64,000 nt of DNA from the NCBI GenBank assembly GCA_965216875.1, contig OZ244207.1:2432001-2496000 (forward strand). The letters run 5' to 3'. Of the stretch, positions 39,735 to 50,432 are shown one piece after another. Position numbers and translations under genes: made by a program. The notes under the pieces were generated by a model. That model saw only the letters and a list, made by a program, of their open reading frames with translations, ran no database searches and was not told the DNA's origin. Source of the stretch: Rubripirellula sp. Its GTDB lineage: Bacteria > Planctomycetota > Planctomycetia > Pirellulales > Pirellulaceae. Within the stretch, counting starts at the first letter, position 1; each line of letters opens with the position of its first letter.

Positions 39735-40229
39735 CGTTACCCCGCTCTGCGTGGTAACGCACTCTTCGCGTCCGAGGCCTGTGAGCCGCACGCGCTAGCG
39801 TCGGGCCTTACATTCGGTTTGATTCCGTAGGGCCCGACGCTAGCGCGTTCGGCTCACTTCGCCAGAAGGTGGATCGCATCGGTTGAAGACGCTCCATCAC
39901 CCCACGCTCTGGCGAGCGCAGGTACGGGAAGAAGAAGAGCAGTGGTTGGGGACTCGTAGCCTCGTCCACTTCGGGAAGACACGCCTCGTGACCACGCTCT
40001 GCGTGGTAACGCACTCTTCGCGTCCCAGGCCCGTGAGCCGCACGCGCTAGCGTCGGGCCTTACATTCGGTTTGATTCCGTAGGGCCCGACGCTAGCGCGT
40101 TCGGCTCACTCCGGCAGAAGGTAGATCGCATCGACTGAAGACGCTCCATCACCCCACGCTCTGGCGAGCGTAGCTACGGGAAGAAAGATCGGTGTGGCTG
40201 GGGACTCGTGGCCTCGTCCACTACGGGAG
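39735..40229. repeat. 252-bp-period tandem duplication of a mosaic REP cassette (families F, E pair, C pair, D)
   Basis: 39735-39977 matches 39987-40229 at constant offset 252 (e.g. GTGAGCCGCACGCG at 39781/40033, GGGACTCG at 39949/40201). Confidence 0.9.
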
Positions 40230-40505
40230 AAACCGCTCTTTGGCAAACCTTGCGGGTTAGCCGAACCCTGCCAGATATTCCGCTTCTGCGTGTTGGTGCT
40301 GCGTTAAATGGAGACTAATTAACCGTTCCTTCCAATGTGATCGATGCTGCCGGTTCGATGAAACGGGTGATGATCTTGGCTTATCAAGAGATGAATGATG
40401 TCGCAACCGTCCGCGGTCGCACGTCGCCGGGCAGCCGATCAGTCATAGCACTCCGCTACGAATCATCAAAATGCGAATAGCCGCACAAAGGGGCAGTTAC
40501 ATACC

Positions 40506-42542
40506 ATGACCAGAATCAATACGAACGTCTCGTCGCTAGTCGCACAGAACCGACTGCAGTCGAGCAACAACGACCTGCAGACCGCACTAACACGATTGAG
40601 CACCGGTCTGCGAATCAACAGCGGTGCAGACGACCCAGCGGGCTTGATTGCCAGTGAAGCACTGCGGAGTGAAATCACCAGCCTGGGCAAGGCTGTGTCG
40701 AACACTCGACGGGCAAGCCAGATTATCTCGACCGCTGACAGTGCACTGGGCCAAGTCAGCGCCCTGCTGAACGACATCCGCGGCCTGGTGGTCGAAGCCG
40801 CCAACGCAGGTGCCTTGAGCGAAGAGGAAATCTCGGCGAACCAGCTGCAAATCGACAGCTCCCTTGAAGCGATTAACCGTATCGCTCAAACCACAACGTT
40901 CCAGGGACGAAAGCTGCTCGACGGATCGCTCGACTTTGTCAGCACAGCGAGTAGTGTCGGCACCATCCGTGACGCCACGATCGACCAAGCCAACCTCGGT
41001 GCAACAGGCCAAATCGACGTCGAAGTGGTGATTAACGCCGCAGCAACCCAGGCGGAAGTCAACGCGGGAGCGTCCGCGTTCACCGCGACCGCTGCTGCAA
41101 ATACAAGTGCTCCGGACGCTGCTGTCGGCACCGCAGCAATCGGCGGTGAGACAATCACCATCACCGGCCAAGGATCATTCGACAACGTGATTCTGGTTGA
41201 CGCCGTTGGCGGCGGCACTGGCCAAGTCAGCTACAACGACACCAATGGTGACTTGACGATCACCGCAGACTTCACCGGTACGGCCGCCGACGCGCAAGTG
41301 ATCCAGGCTGCCATTGACGACCTCGAAGGCTTTGTCGCGACAGGTGCAACTGCGGCTGGTACGGGTGGTGGTACTGCGGGTGCGACCGCTGCCGGCACGC
41401 CAGGTCCGCTGCTCGATATCACTGCGGCCAACCTCGGCTCGGATTACAACAACGTCACGGTTCAATTCGTCGAAGGGGCAGCCAACGCTGCCGATTACGA
41501 CTCGACTCAAAAGATCCTGACCGTAACGGTCGACAACACCGCTCCGCAAACGGCGACCGCCATCGCAACCGCGATTGACAGCCACACCGTTGACGGCTCG
41601 ACACCCGCATCGGCACTGTTCAGCGCATCAGGCTTGGCAAGTGCTTCGATCGACATCCTCGACGGCCTGGACGACATCAACACCGGTAACACGGGTGGTG
41701 AAGTGCTCGCCGACAACCTGGTCTTCCAGCTCAATGGTGACTCGGGGGCGGAAACGTTCAACTTTGGTGCAGGTACCTCAGCAGCACAAATCGCTGACGC
41801 GGTGAACCTTGTTTCGGACAGTACCGGGGTGAGTGCCGCATCCGCATCGGCAACAGGCCTGACCTTCACGTCGACGTCCTACGGAAGCGACGCGTTGATC
41901 AATATCGACGTCATCAACGAAGGCAGCTCTGGCACCTTCGGCGCAAACTTGAGTGCGATTCGTGATGCTGGCGATGACATCGTCGCAACCGTCAACGGTG
42001 TCGAAGCCGGTGGTGACGCCAACACGCTGACCATCAATACGAGCACGCTTGACCTTAGCATTACCGTCGACGACGGCGACAACACGAACTTCTCGTTCTC
42101 GATCACCGGTGGTGGAGCACTGTTCCAACTTGGTCCCGATGTCACGAGTAACCAACAAGCACGGCTTGGAATCGGAAGCGTAAGTACCGGGCAAATCGGT
42201 GGTGCCACCGGCCGTCTTTACGAACTCGGTAGTGGCCAGGGCAGCGCTTTGACCAACGATGTCACAGGTGCGGCTCAAATCATCGACGAAGTGATCAACA
42301 AGGTCACCAGCCTTCGCGGTCGATTGGGTGCGTTCCAGTCAACGACTCTCGAGAGCAACTTGGTTAGCTTGAACGAAACCCAAGCCAACCTGCAAGAAGC
42401 CGAAAGCACGATTCGTGACGCCGATTTTGCCAAAGAATCAGCTTCGCTCACACGGGCACAAATCTTGGTTCAGTCCGGCACGAACGTCTTGTCGCTAGCT
42501 AACCAAAACCCTCAAAACGTCCTCTCCTTGCTGCGAGGATAA
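40506..42542 (+). CDS. fliC: Flagellin
   Basis: RINTNVSSL, RLSTGLRINSGADDPAG, C-terminal RGRLGA, IRDADFAKE..QIL..ANQ. Confidence 0.97.
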   Translation: MTRINTNVSSLVAQNRLQSSNNDLQTALTRLSTGLRINSGADDPAGLIASEALRSEITSLGKAVSNTRRASQIISTADSALGQVSALLNDIRGLVVEAANAGALSEEEISANQLQIDSSLEAINRIAQTTTFQGRKLLDGSLDFVSTASSVGTIRDATIDQANLGATGQIDVEVVINAAATQAEVNAGASAFTATAAANTSAPDAAVGTAAIGGETITITGQGSFDNVILVDAVGGGTGQVSYNDTNGDLTITADFTGTAADAQVIQAAIDDLEGFVATGATAAGTGGGTAGATAAGTPGPLLDITAANLGSDYNNVTVQFVEGAANAADYDSTQKILTVTVDNTAPQTATAIATAIDSHTVDGSTPASALFSASGLASASIDILDGLDDINTGNTGGEVLADNLVFQLNGDSGAETFNFGAGTSAAQIADAVNLVSDSTGVSAASASATGLTFTSTSYGSDALINIDVINEGSSGTFGANLSAIRDAGDDIVATVNGVEAGGDANTLTINTSTLDLSITVDDGDNTNFSFSITGGGALFQLGPDVTSNQQARLGIGSVSTGQIGGATGRLYELGSGQGSALTNDVTGAAQIIDEVINKVTSLRGRLGAFQSTTLESNLVSLNETQANLQEAESTIRDADFAKESASLTRAQILVQSGTNVLSLANQNPQNVLSLLRG

Positions 42543-42629
42543 TTCAGGTCATGGTTTCGATCTCGCGGCTTAGACGCTTCAGGCCGCAGAACGCTTAGAA
42601 ACCTGAGCACCCGAATTCGACATTTCGCC

Positions 42630-42666
42630 AGCGGCCACTTGAAGTTGACTTCAAGTGGCCGCTTTG
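42630..42666 (+). terminator. Long perfect hairpin after fliC, probable intrinsic terminator or transcript stabiliser
   Basis: AGCGGCCACTTGAAGT-TG-ACTTCAAGTGGCCGCT followed by TT; short U-tract. Confidence 0.65.
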
Positions 42667-42877
42667 CGTTAGCACTAACCCGGGAAACGCGTGAAACTGC
42701 AAAAACCGGACTTCACACCTCCACAACGTTGGGGGTGAGCTATCGTTTTACTGGACCTAACCGCGCAGGTTTGACGATCTTTCCGAGGTGGACCACCGCC
42801 ATCAGGGGCTTTTGGCGGATTCCCTGGCCACCACAAGGCAAAAGCGTTACTCACTTCCTTGCGACTGTTTTGAATTC

Positions 42878-45649
42878 ATGGGGCGTATCCAATCCTCTAT
42901 CGGCTTGATCACCGGCACCGATATTGCGGGCACGGTTGATCAATTGATTGCGATTAGCGGAGCGCCCCGCGACCGATTGGTTGCCCGAACCAATACGCTT
43001 TTTGAAGAACAAACCGCGCTGGCCGAGCTGACCGCTTCAGTGATTGGCGTCCAATTGGCGGGCAAGCAACTCTCGAGCGCCTCGATCTTTCGATCACGCG
43101 AAACGTCCTCGAGTGATTCCGAAACACTCTCGGCCGCTGCGGGCAACAACACGACTCCAGCAACGCACGTCGTCCGGACGCTACGTACCGCAGCGACACA
43201 CGACGTTTCATCACTTCAGCGTTACGAGGACGCCGAAGCCGATTTGAACTTCGTCGGCACACTCTCGATTGCTCCCACCGGAGGATTCCTCGACGAGTCG
43301 GCCAACCTCACCGACCTAAATGGCGGTCGCGGCGTCGAACTGGGCACGATCCGTATCACCGACCGCGGTGGTGCGTCGGCTGAAATTGACCTCACCGAAG
43401 CCAAAACCGTCGACGATGTTCTCGCCGCGATCAACGACGCCAACATTGAGGTCAAGGCAACCACCTCTGGCAATGCCTTTGTCCTCACCGACACATCCGG
43501 AAGCACCGCATCCAACCTTGTCGTCCAGCAACTTGGCAGCCAAGAAACCGCGGCCGACCTCGGCCTTTGGGGCATTGATGACGCCGCCAACTCCGTCACA
43601 GGCAACGATATCGACCTGGCTGCCGGCGTCTCCGCGCTGCGTGGCGTTGCACTGACCGAACTCGGCGGTGGATCAGGCATCGGTCCCCTCACTGACCTCG
43701 ACATCACCTTGTCCGATGGCAGCAGTGCCAGCATCGACCTTTCCTCAGCCAACACGACGGCCGAAGTGATCGACCTGATCGATGCTGCGGGTCTCGACCT
43801 GATCGTCAAACTCAATGACGCGCGAAACGGTCTTCAGCTTCGTGATGTCTCCGGTGGCACAGGGTCATTCGATATCTCATCGGTCGACACGACTGCAGCC
43901 GATTTGGGTATCGCCACGTCGACCACCGAAGACATTGTCGTGGGTGAAAACCTGGCACGTCAAAGCGTCACCTCAGACACCCTCATCGCCGATCTCAATC
44001 AGGGTTCCGGCCCAACCAGCGGAAGCTTCACCATCACCGACCGTGCGGGGATCACTGGCGCCGTCAACTTGGTCACCGACAATGTCAAGACAGTTGGCGA
44101 CCTTGTCGACGCGATCAACGACATCTCCGCTGATGTCACCGCCGCGATCAACGAAAGTGGTGATGGCATTCACATCATCGACAACAGCACCGGATCGGGA
44201 ACGCTGACCGTCGAAGACAGTGGATCGGGTACTGCCGCAGCCCAACTTGGCATCGCTGGCACTGCAACCACCCAAACCATCGGTGGCAACTCCGAATCGG
44301 CAATCGTGGGATCGCAATCGATTCGAATCGACGTCGCGGCGGACGATTCGCTTACCGACATCGCCGCAAAGATCAACGCCGCCGATCAATATGCCGACGC
44401 TGCCGTCGCCCTGAATGACGATGGATCGTATTCGCTGAATGTTCGCAGCCGAAAAGGGGGCGAAGACGGGCGTCTCGCGATCAACACCTCAGGTTTCGAT
44501 CTTGATCTTCGTACGACCAGTCGTGGCCAAGACGCATTGATCGCGGTGAGCACGGATAACGGAATCGAACGATTCCTTTCGTCGAGCGACGGTGTGTTCA
44601 CCCTTGATGACGACGGCAGCACGCTGAACACGATCAGTGGCGAAACCGCACTTGCTGACCTCAATCGAGGCCGCGGTATCGACGGCGGTAGCTTCACGAT
44701 CACCGACAGCTCTGGGGCGATCAGTGCCATCAACATTACAGCCGAAGGGATCACCACCGTCGATGAACTGATCAGCGCGTTCAACAACCTGAGCATTGGC
44801 GTGACTGCCTCGATCAACGATTCTGGCGACGGAATTGCCATCGTCGACAACGCGGGCGGCTCCGGAAAACTCACCATCACCGACACCGGCTCCGGCACAG
44901 CAGCTGCCGACTTGGGGGTCGCCGGCGAAGCAACCACACAAAGTGTCGGTGGGTTCAATGTCTCGGCGCTCGTCGGTCCTGCCGAAGATGAATTGGCAAG
45001 TGAAGCGGGCCTGACGCTAACACTCAAACAACTTTCAACCGACCCGATCACGGTAAGCGTTTCTGAAAACCCAGACGCGGTCGTTTCCGCCGCGAATTCA
45101 TTCGTCGACCAATTCAATTCGCTCGTCGACAAACTCGATTCGCTCACCTTCTTCAACGGCGACACCAACGAAGTCGGTCTGCTGTTTGGATCGAGTGAAG
45201 CGCTGCGTATCGAAAACAGCTACAACCGATTGTTGTCCGGACGCATTCAAGGTGCCGGAAACCTCGAATCAATCGGACAAGTGGGGCTACGATTCAACGA
45301 CAAAGGAAAACTCGACCTTGATGAATCGAAGCTTTCCGAAACGCTCTCGGAAAGCCCCGGCGCTGTCGAGGCATTCTTCACAACCGAAGAATATGGGCTT
45401 GCTCAGCGACTCGACGTTCTTGCCGAACGCATCGCCGGCGAGTCCAACAGCCTTCTCATTGGTCGCACGGAGAGCCTGACCACTCAGATCGAACGCAACA
45501 ACGAGCGCATCGACACGCTGAACCTCCGCCTCGAAAACGAACGCGAGCGATTGCTCAAGCAGTTCTATTCGACAGAATCTGCTATCGCAAAGATCACTTC
45601 GAACCAGCAATACCTCAGTGCGATCAAACCGGTATCGATCCCGAGTTAA
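42878..45649 (+). CDS. fliD: Flagellar filament cap protein with large repeated insertions
   Basis: GLITGTDIAGTVDQL N-terminus; GQDA, FVDQFN, GKLDLDESKL, RLLKQFYSTE C-terminus; located between fliC and fliS. Confidence 0.93.
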   Translation: MGRIQSSIGLITGTDIAGTVDQLIAISGAPRDRLVARTNTLFEEQTALAELTASVIGVQLAGKQLSSASIFRSRETSSSDSETLSAAAGNNTTPATHVVRTLRTAATHDVSSLQRYEDAEADLNFVGTLSIAPTGGFLDESANLTDLNGGRGVELGTIRITDRGGASAEIDLTEAKTVDDVLAAINDANIEVKATTSGNAFVLTDTSGSTASNLVVQQLGSQETAADLGLWGIDDAANSVTGNDIDLAAGVSALRGVALTELGGGSGIGPLTDLDITLSDGSSASIDLSSANTTAEVIDLIDAAGLDLIVKLNDARNGLQLRDVSGGTGSFDISSVDTTAADLGIATSTTEDIVVGENLARQSVTSDTLIADLNQGSGPTSGSFTITDRAGITGAVNLVTDNVKTVGDLVDAINDISADVTAAINESGDGIHIIDNSTGSGTLTVEDSGSGTAAAQLGIAGTATTQTIGGNSESAIVGSQSIRIDVAADDSLTDIAAKINAADQYADAAVALNDDGSYSLNVRSRKGGEDGRLAINTSGFDLDLRTTSRGQDALIAVSTDNGIERFLSSSDGVFTLDDDGSTLNTISGETALADLNRGRGIDGGSFTITDSSGAISAINITAEGITTVDELISAFNNLSIGVTASINDSGDGIAIVDNAGGSGKLTITDTGSGTAAADLGVAGEATTQSVGGFNVSALVGPAEDELASEAGLTLTLKQLSTDPITVSVSENPDAVVSAANSFVDQFNSLVDKLDSLTFFNGDTNEVGLLFGSSEALRIENSYNRLLSGRIQGAGNLESIGQVGLRFNDKGKLDLDESKLSETLSESPGAVEAFFTTEEYGLAQRLDVLAERIAGESNSLLIGRTESLTTQIERNNERIDTLNLRLENERERLLKQFYSTESAIAKITSNQQYLSAIKPVSIPS

Positions 45650-45729
45650 AAAGCCAGTCGCACTCCACCGGCACACACGAACAAGCCCCACACTGCTTGA
45701 AACCTTATCCCGCAAGGACGCAGCCCATT

Positions 45730-46218
45730 ATGTCGACCAACCCCGATCATTTTCGCCCTCGCGAATCTGCAGGTGGCCAACAATACCTCGACGCAACCAT
45801 TCGCACAGCATCGCCCGCTCGCCTACGCTTGATGTTGCTGCAGCGATCAGTCGAAGTGGCTTGTGTGCTTTCGGACACCTGGCGTCACGGACTCAACCCG
45901 GGCACAAACGAACATTCGCTGAAACTGCTCGACCTGCTCAACGAACTCCTCGCAGGGGTCAAGGGAAGCGAAACCGATTCCGAAAACCAGCTCTGCAGCC
46001 AAGTTGCCGACCTGTACGTTTTCTTGATGAAACACTTGGTCGCCGCAGAAAACAACAGCGATGCCAACCGCATCGACGAGATCCGTCTCGTTTTGGAAAC
46101 GGAAATGGAAACCTGGCAGAACGTTTGTGCCACCGAAGCATCGGCAATCGCGGTCCCACCAACCGCCGACATTCAAAACACTCCCGCTGCCTCATCGGGC
46201 CTGAATTTCACAGCCTGA
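45730..46218 (+). CDS. fliS: Flagellin export chaperone
   Basis: YLDATIRTASPARLRLML, LYVFL, ETW; follows fliD. Confidence 0.88.
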   Translation: MSTNPDHFRPRESAGGQQYLDATIRTASPARLRLMLLQRSVEVACVLSDTWRHGLNPGTNEHSLKLLDLLNELLAGVKGSETDSENQLCSQVADLYVFLMKHLVAAENNSDANRIDEIRLVLETEMETWQNVCATEASAIAVPPTADIQNTPAASSGLNFTA

Positions 46219-46441
46219 TCTGACTCCAGGTCGCCAAGATTCCGCGATCCTTGGCGAACAGCTGAATGCTGGGCAGCCTCTTTTGGTTCTCCAACACGTT
46301 TGAGCCCTTCAGGCTCGTGCCTAGGGAAACTTCTCCAAGACGCCCAGCTACATGCGAAAGCCCGAACGTCAGTTGCCGCCCTATTGCAGGTGCGCTATCC
46401 TTTAGATGTTCGGCTCAACTACCTCGACCGGAAGCCTTCCG

Positions 46442-47398
46442 ATGCGTACCTGTTTCCTGCTCTTGCTCGCCCTCCTGTTCGTCGCTGTCAGTGCACTTGA
46501 AAGTGTTGCCCAGACAGTTGTGCAAGCAACCAAAACCAAAGCTGAAGCGGGTGCTGACGTCGCGACCGACGCAAAGGCCAAAGACGACGCGGCAGAGCCG
46601 AAGAAAAAGGAAGCACTCTACCTTCAGATCAGCGAATCGGACGACGGCATCCCTCAAGCCTTGCAGACTGCGATCGTTCGCTACAAAGGCAAGAAAGACA
46701 CACCCTACGCCGGTCGAATCGTTGACCTCGTGGGCGTTGTTCACATCGGCCAAAAGGAATACTACGAAGACCTCAACAAACGACTGGCCAAGTACGACGT
46801 TGTTTTGTACGAACTCGTCGCCCCTGATGGCACGCGCATCAAGCCGGAGGATCTTGAAAAGCGGCGTTCACTGCTCGCTTCGATGCAAACCGGTATGAAG
46901 GACATGTTGAATCTCGAGTATCAGCTTGAACTCATTGACTACATGGCCGAGAACTTTCGTCACGCCGACATGAGTCCCAAGGAGTTCGTGGAAGATCTCG
47001 AACGTCGTGGTGACAGCATCTGGAAGATGGTCGCACGGATGATGGGGGCCGGTCTTGCTTCCTCGGCCTCGACCGGAGGCGACGCCGGCGTCTTGCTCGC
47101 AATGTTTTCAAACGACCGTAGCAAGAAGATGAAACAAACGATGGCCCGACAATTGATCGATGTTGAAGTCGTCACCGCGGGAATGGACGACGAAAATGGT
47201 GAAAACACGCTGATCAAGGGCCGCAACGCCAAGGCGTTTCAAATCCTGAAAGAAGAACTCGACAAAGGCAAAAAGAAAGTCTCTGTCTTCTACGGCGCTG
47301 GCCATCTACCCGATATGGCAGAACGACTCGAAAAAGAGTTCGAGATGGAAGCCAAAAAGACGACCTGGCTCGACGCCTGGGACCTGACGCGAAACTAA
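46442..47398 (+). CDS. Secreted TraB/GumN-like protein
   Basis: Signal peptide; LVGVVHIG, VLYEL, GRN and FYGAGHL resemble the TraB-family metal-site pattern. Confidence 0.6.
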   Translation: MRTCFLLLLALLFVAVSALESVAQTVVQATKTKAEAGADVATDAKAKDDAAEPKKKEALYLQISESDDGIPQALQTAIVRYKGKKDTPYAGRIVDLVGVVHIGQKEYYEDLNKRLAKYDVVLYELVAPDGTRIKPEDLEKRRSLLASMQTGMKDMLNLEYQLELIDYMAENFRHADMSPKEFVEDLERRGDSIWKMVARMMGAGLASSASTGGDAGVLLAMFSNDRSKKMKQTMARQLIDVEVVTAGMDDENGENTLIKGRNAKAFQILKEELDKGKKKVSVFYGAGHLPDMAERLEKEFEMEAKKTTWLDAWDLTRN

Positions 47399-47406
47399 TC
47401 GACTTT

Positions 47407-47464
47407 GGTGCGTGCAAGCACACACCCTACGGCTCCATTCGTAGGGTGTGTGCTTGCACGCACC
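47407..47464. repeat. Perfect inverted pair of family-A REPs with 10-nt spacer
   Basis: GGTGCGTGCAAGCACACACCCTAC-ggctccattc-GTAGGGTGTGTGCTTGCACGCACC between convergent genes. Confidence 0.92.
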
Positions 47465-47501
47465 TAGCTCCAACTTGCCGCCTACATCCATCACGCCATC
47501 G

Positions 47502-48464
47502 CTACTTCACCTCACAGTTCGGCAGCACCGCCCTGAGGATCGTGACTTCGCGCGAACCCATCGAGGTGTTGCCAACCCAAAGTTCTTTCAGTTGACGCAT
47601 CGCCGACAGGTGCTTCAGCGCACCGCGGTCAAATCTCCGATCCAGTAGGATCAGCTTCTCGAGTGTCTTGATCGTCTTGACCGACTCAAGGCAGTCATTG
47701 TCGACGCCGTCACCACACGCTTGATCAATCATCAACGATTTCAAACGAGGCAACCGCGAGACCTCTGCAATCCCCGCGTTGGTGATCGCCTCATTGCCGA
47801 TCGACAGTTCTTCGAGCTGGTTAAGACCCGAAATCAACTTCAGTCCTTCGTCGGTCAATTGAGTCCGCGTCACATCGAGTTTGCGGAGCTTCGGCAACTT
47901 CGAAAGCAAAGCTGCAGCGTCATCATCGATCGACGTCCCCGACAAGCTCAGACTCTCAATCTGCTCGCGTTTGACCACTTGGCCGACAAATTGATTCGTG
48001 ACATTGCAGTGGGTCACGTCCAAATCGGTCAACTTTGGTAGCTCCAATAGTTTCTCGAGCCCGCCTTCGCTCACACGCGAACTTGTGATCGAGACTGAAT
48101 GGAGTCCCTTCATCTTCGCGATCGACTCGAGCCCTCGATCGGTCGTCGCAGGTCCACCAATCGAGAGTTCGGGAAGTCGATCGAGTCGCTGAAGTTTCTC
48201 GATGCCGGCGTCCGACACATCGAACAACATGATGTACTCAAGGTTTTCGATTCCGGGAACGTCTTCAATCTTCTCGAAGTGCTCCGCCGCGCCGTCCCCT
48301 TTCATGAACTGCGTGATCGCAATCACGTTGCCAGCATCGTTGCGTTTGAGAATCGCCCCTGCTTTCTCGAGCTGGCTGAAGTCTTGCCCATTGCTATCGG
48401 CCACGCAAAACAACGAGCATAAGGCTGCACCACCGACGAGTATCGCTTGCTTCACTCCACCCAT
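47502..48464 (-). CDS. Secreted leucine-rich repeat protein
   Basis: About 24-aa LxxLxL..TxxTDxGL repeats; signal-like N-terminus. Confidence 0.88.
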   Translation of the reverse strand: MGGVKQAILVGGAALCSLFCVADSNGQDFSQLEKAGAILKRNDAGNVIAITQFMKGDGAAEHFEKIEDVPGIENLEYIMLFDVSDAGIEKLQRLDRLPELSIGGPATTDRGLESIAKMKGLHSVSITSSRVSEGGLEKLLELPKLTDLDVTHCNVTNQFVGQVVKREQIESLSLSGTSIDDDAAALLSKLPKLRKLDVTRTQLTDEGLKLISGLNQLEELSIGNEAITNAGIAEVSRLPRLKSLMIDQACGDGVDNDCLESVKTIKTLEKLILLDRRFDRGALKHLSAMRQLKELWVGNTSMGSREVTILRAVLPNCEVK

Positions 48465-48628
48465 ATGATCACCTGAATCGCCAACAATCGGATCGAACAT
48501 CACGATTGTAGCCACCCCCGTCCTCAGCAGCGATTCGATCGCAAAACAAAAGAGCCAACTCGAAACGATTTCGAACTGGCTCTCTTTCTTTTGAGACGAC
48601 TAGCGTTCCGTGTTTTGCAGATAAAGGG

Positions 48629-48817
48629 TCATTCACCTGTATCTGCGTCACCGGCATTGCTCATTGCTGCCTCATCTGCAGCGATCATCGCTTCGTACTC
48701 TTCGAGTGCCGCCTGGTCGACACCATCCATCAAGTTCTTTGGCTCGTTCGACGTGCAGCCTGTCGAGACAACAAAGCCCATCGCGAAGATCATTGCGGTG
48801 GCAAGTCCGCGTAACAT
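48629..48817 (-). CDS. Small acidic lipoprotein, partner of the DUF1559 gene
   Basis: Hydrophobic N-terminus with STGC lipobox; upstream AAGGAG SD; downstream of the DUF1559 gene. Confidence 0.75.
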   Translation of the reverse strand: MLRGLATAMIFAMGFVVSTGCTSNEPKNLMDGVDQAALEEYEAMIAADEAAMSNAGDADTGE

Positions 48818-48955
48818 GTTTCAATGACTCCTTGAGTTGCATTGGCAACGGTAAATGGTTTTTCAGCAGAACAACCATGGCCCGTCGATCGAATCGAGGT
48901 TTCGATTTCCTTGATCGATCTGGGGCCACGGCATAACAACAACTTGGCCCATCAC

Positions 48956-50215
48956 TTACTGATTGAGCTCTTCTTCGATCACTTCCTTGTTGGCTCGCGT
49001 GCCAAGCGACCCCCAAAGTCCATAGGGGCTGCCATTTCCGGGCGCTGACGCTCCCGAACCACCATGCCAAACCATTGGGTGATTGGAATTGCCTGCTTCA
49101 ATCGAATCAGAAATGAAGACCACCGCGCCGTCAGCCATCAGGAGATGGACGCCGCCTTGATGGCGACTCGAGGGTGGACAAACCGTGCGACCACCGGGGA
49201 ACCGTTGGGCACAAAGCTCGGAGTTTGGCGGCAGGATCGTGTGCATCCCACTCATCTCCATACGATGGCTCGCCCATCGGTATCCTCGTCCGTTGACGGG
49301 TCCCCAAACGGGTGTCGAAGGGGCCCAGAACTGCGGACGCTCTGGATCAGTCAAACCCTGTTCGCGGCAGTACCTTGGGTTGTCCCGAATATCGTTGACC
49401 CACTGGGTCGTTTCGTTGTCAGCAATCGTGCGGACGTCGCGATCACCCAAGTCGGTTGCAATCTCGCCGCCCATGATGGTATTGGACAACCCATCCAAGA
49501 TGTCGCGGAACTTCATGTCCCGATGAACGGTGAACACACCACGGTTGCAAGCACGTGAGTTGCGTGCCCAACCGGAATGCTCTTGGCGCTTCCAAGGCGG
49601 CGCTGGTTGCCGGAACCGTTTCGGTCCTTGAATCGACCAATAGTAGGAATCGCCAAGACATGCCGCGTAGTTGGTTCGCCCAAGCGCTGGTAATCCAACG
49701 CCCGGATCACTTGGACAACGGTACGTCGGAATCTGAGACGACCAAGGAATGTACCTCGCTTGACTCGGGACAGGCCCCATCGGTGGCCACGGCGGATCAT
49801 AGACCACAGTTTCATCAAGCGCATCTTGTTGGTTGGGCTGGGAAATCGTTTCCCACAAAGCCTGTTGCTCCACAAATGGAGTGATCCCAACCAAATAGCT
49901 CAGACGCCATGAATTGGAATGCGAATAGGTCGTCCACCAATTGTCACTCCCACCTGTGTTACCAAACGGTGGCGCTGCGCCCCCGGGGCTGTCGGTTCCG
50001 GCACCGTGCAGCGGCAACTGTTTGTAGGTTGAGTGATAGTTATGAATGCCGAGCCCAATTTGCTTGAAATTGTTGCTACAGCTCATTCGCCTCGCAGCTT
50101 CGCGAGCGGCTTGCACGGCGGGCAATAGCAGGCCCACTAAAACGCCGATGATGGCAATGACCACCAAGAGTTCGACAAGAGTAAACGCGTCAGACCGCGT
50201 TCTCAGTCTTTTCAC
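48956..50215 (-). CDS. DUF1559 family prepilin-type protein (N-methylation motif + SBP_bac_10 + H-X9-DG)
   Basis: [64 protein letters not shown]. Confidence 0.96.
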   Translation of the reverse strand: MKRLRTRSDAFTLVELLVVIAIIGVLVGLLLPAVQAAREAARRMSCSNNFKQIGLGIHNYHSTYKQLPLHGAGTDSPGGAAPPFGNTGGSDNWWTTYSHSNSWRLSYLVGITPFVEQQALWETISQPNQQDALDETVVYDPPWPPMGPVPSQARYIPWSSQIPTYRCPSDPGVGLPALGRTNYAACLGDSYYWSIQGPKRFRQPAPPWKRQEHSGWARNSRACNRGVFTVHRDMKFRDILDGLSNTIMGGEIATDLGDRDVRTIADNETTQWVNDIRDNPRYCREQGLTDPERPQFWAPSTPVWGPVNGRGYRWASHRMEMSGMHTILPPNSELCAQRFPGGRTVCPPSSRHQGGVHLLMADGAVVFISDSIEAGNSNHPMVWHGGSGASAPGNGSPYGLWGSLGTRANKEVIEEELNQ

Positions 50216-50319
50216 GATGATTCTCCAGATAAAGAAGGACGCAAACAATCAAATTGCAACCGCGTACTAGTGGAGAATTCCGGATGAACTCAGTTTTCCA
50301 CGCGAAAATTAAGAAATAA

Positions 50320-50334
50320 GGAAAATGATTTTCA
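50320..50334. promoter_or_regulatory. Putative Fur-family operator
   Basis: GGAAAATGATTTTCA (minus strand TGAAAATCATTTTCC), a 7-1-7 palindrome in an AT-rich patch about 105 nt upstream of the DUF1559 start. Confidence 0.45.
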
Positions 50335-50345
50335 GCTAGTGCTAG

Positions 50346-50432
50346 TGAGCCGCGATCGCGTAAGCGGCCGGGCCTTACTCACCTTCACCCCAGTTGCGCG
50401 TCGGCAAGGGCCCGAGGCCTCACGGCCAGCTC
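50346..50432. repeat. Diverged family-E REP pair
   Basis: GTGAGCCGCGATCGCGTAAGCGGCCGGGCCTTAC resembles 39781-39811; degenerate inverted partner near 50407-50432. Confidence 0.55.

Noticed and set aside
39735..40229. Possible CRISPR array (also considered 53443-53697 and 11167-11330)
   Set aside because: Only two units, with intervening sequence duplicated rather than unique spacers, and no cas genes
40230..40505. Sigma-28 promoter or c-di-GMP riboswitch upstream of fliC
   Set aside because: GCCGATCA near 40434 lacks a properly spaced -35, and I found no convincing riboswitch stem pattern by eye. An Rfam scan is needed
42667..42877. Regulatory RNA between fliC and fliD
   Set aside because: No recognisable conserved structure
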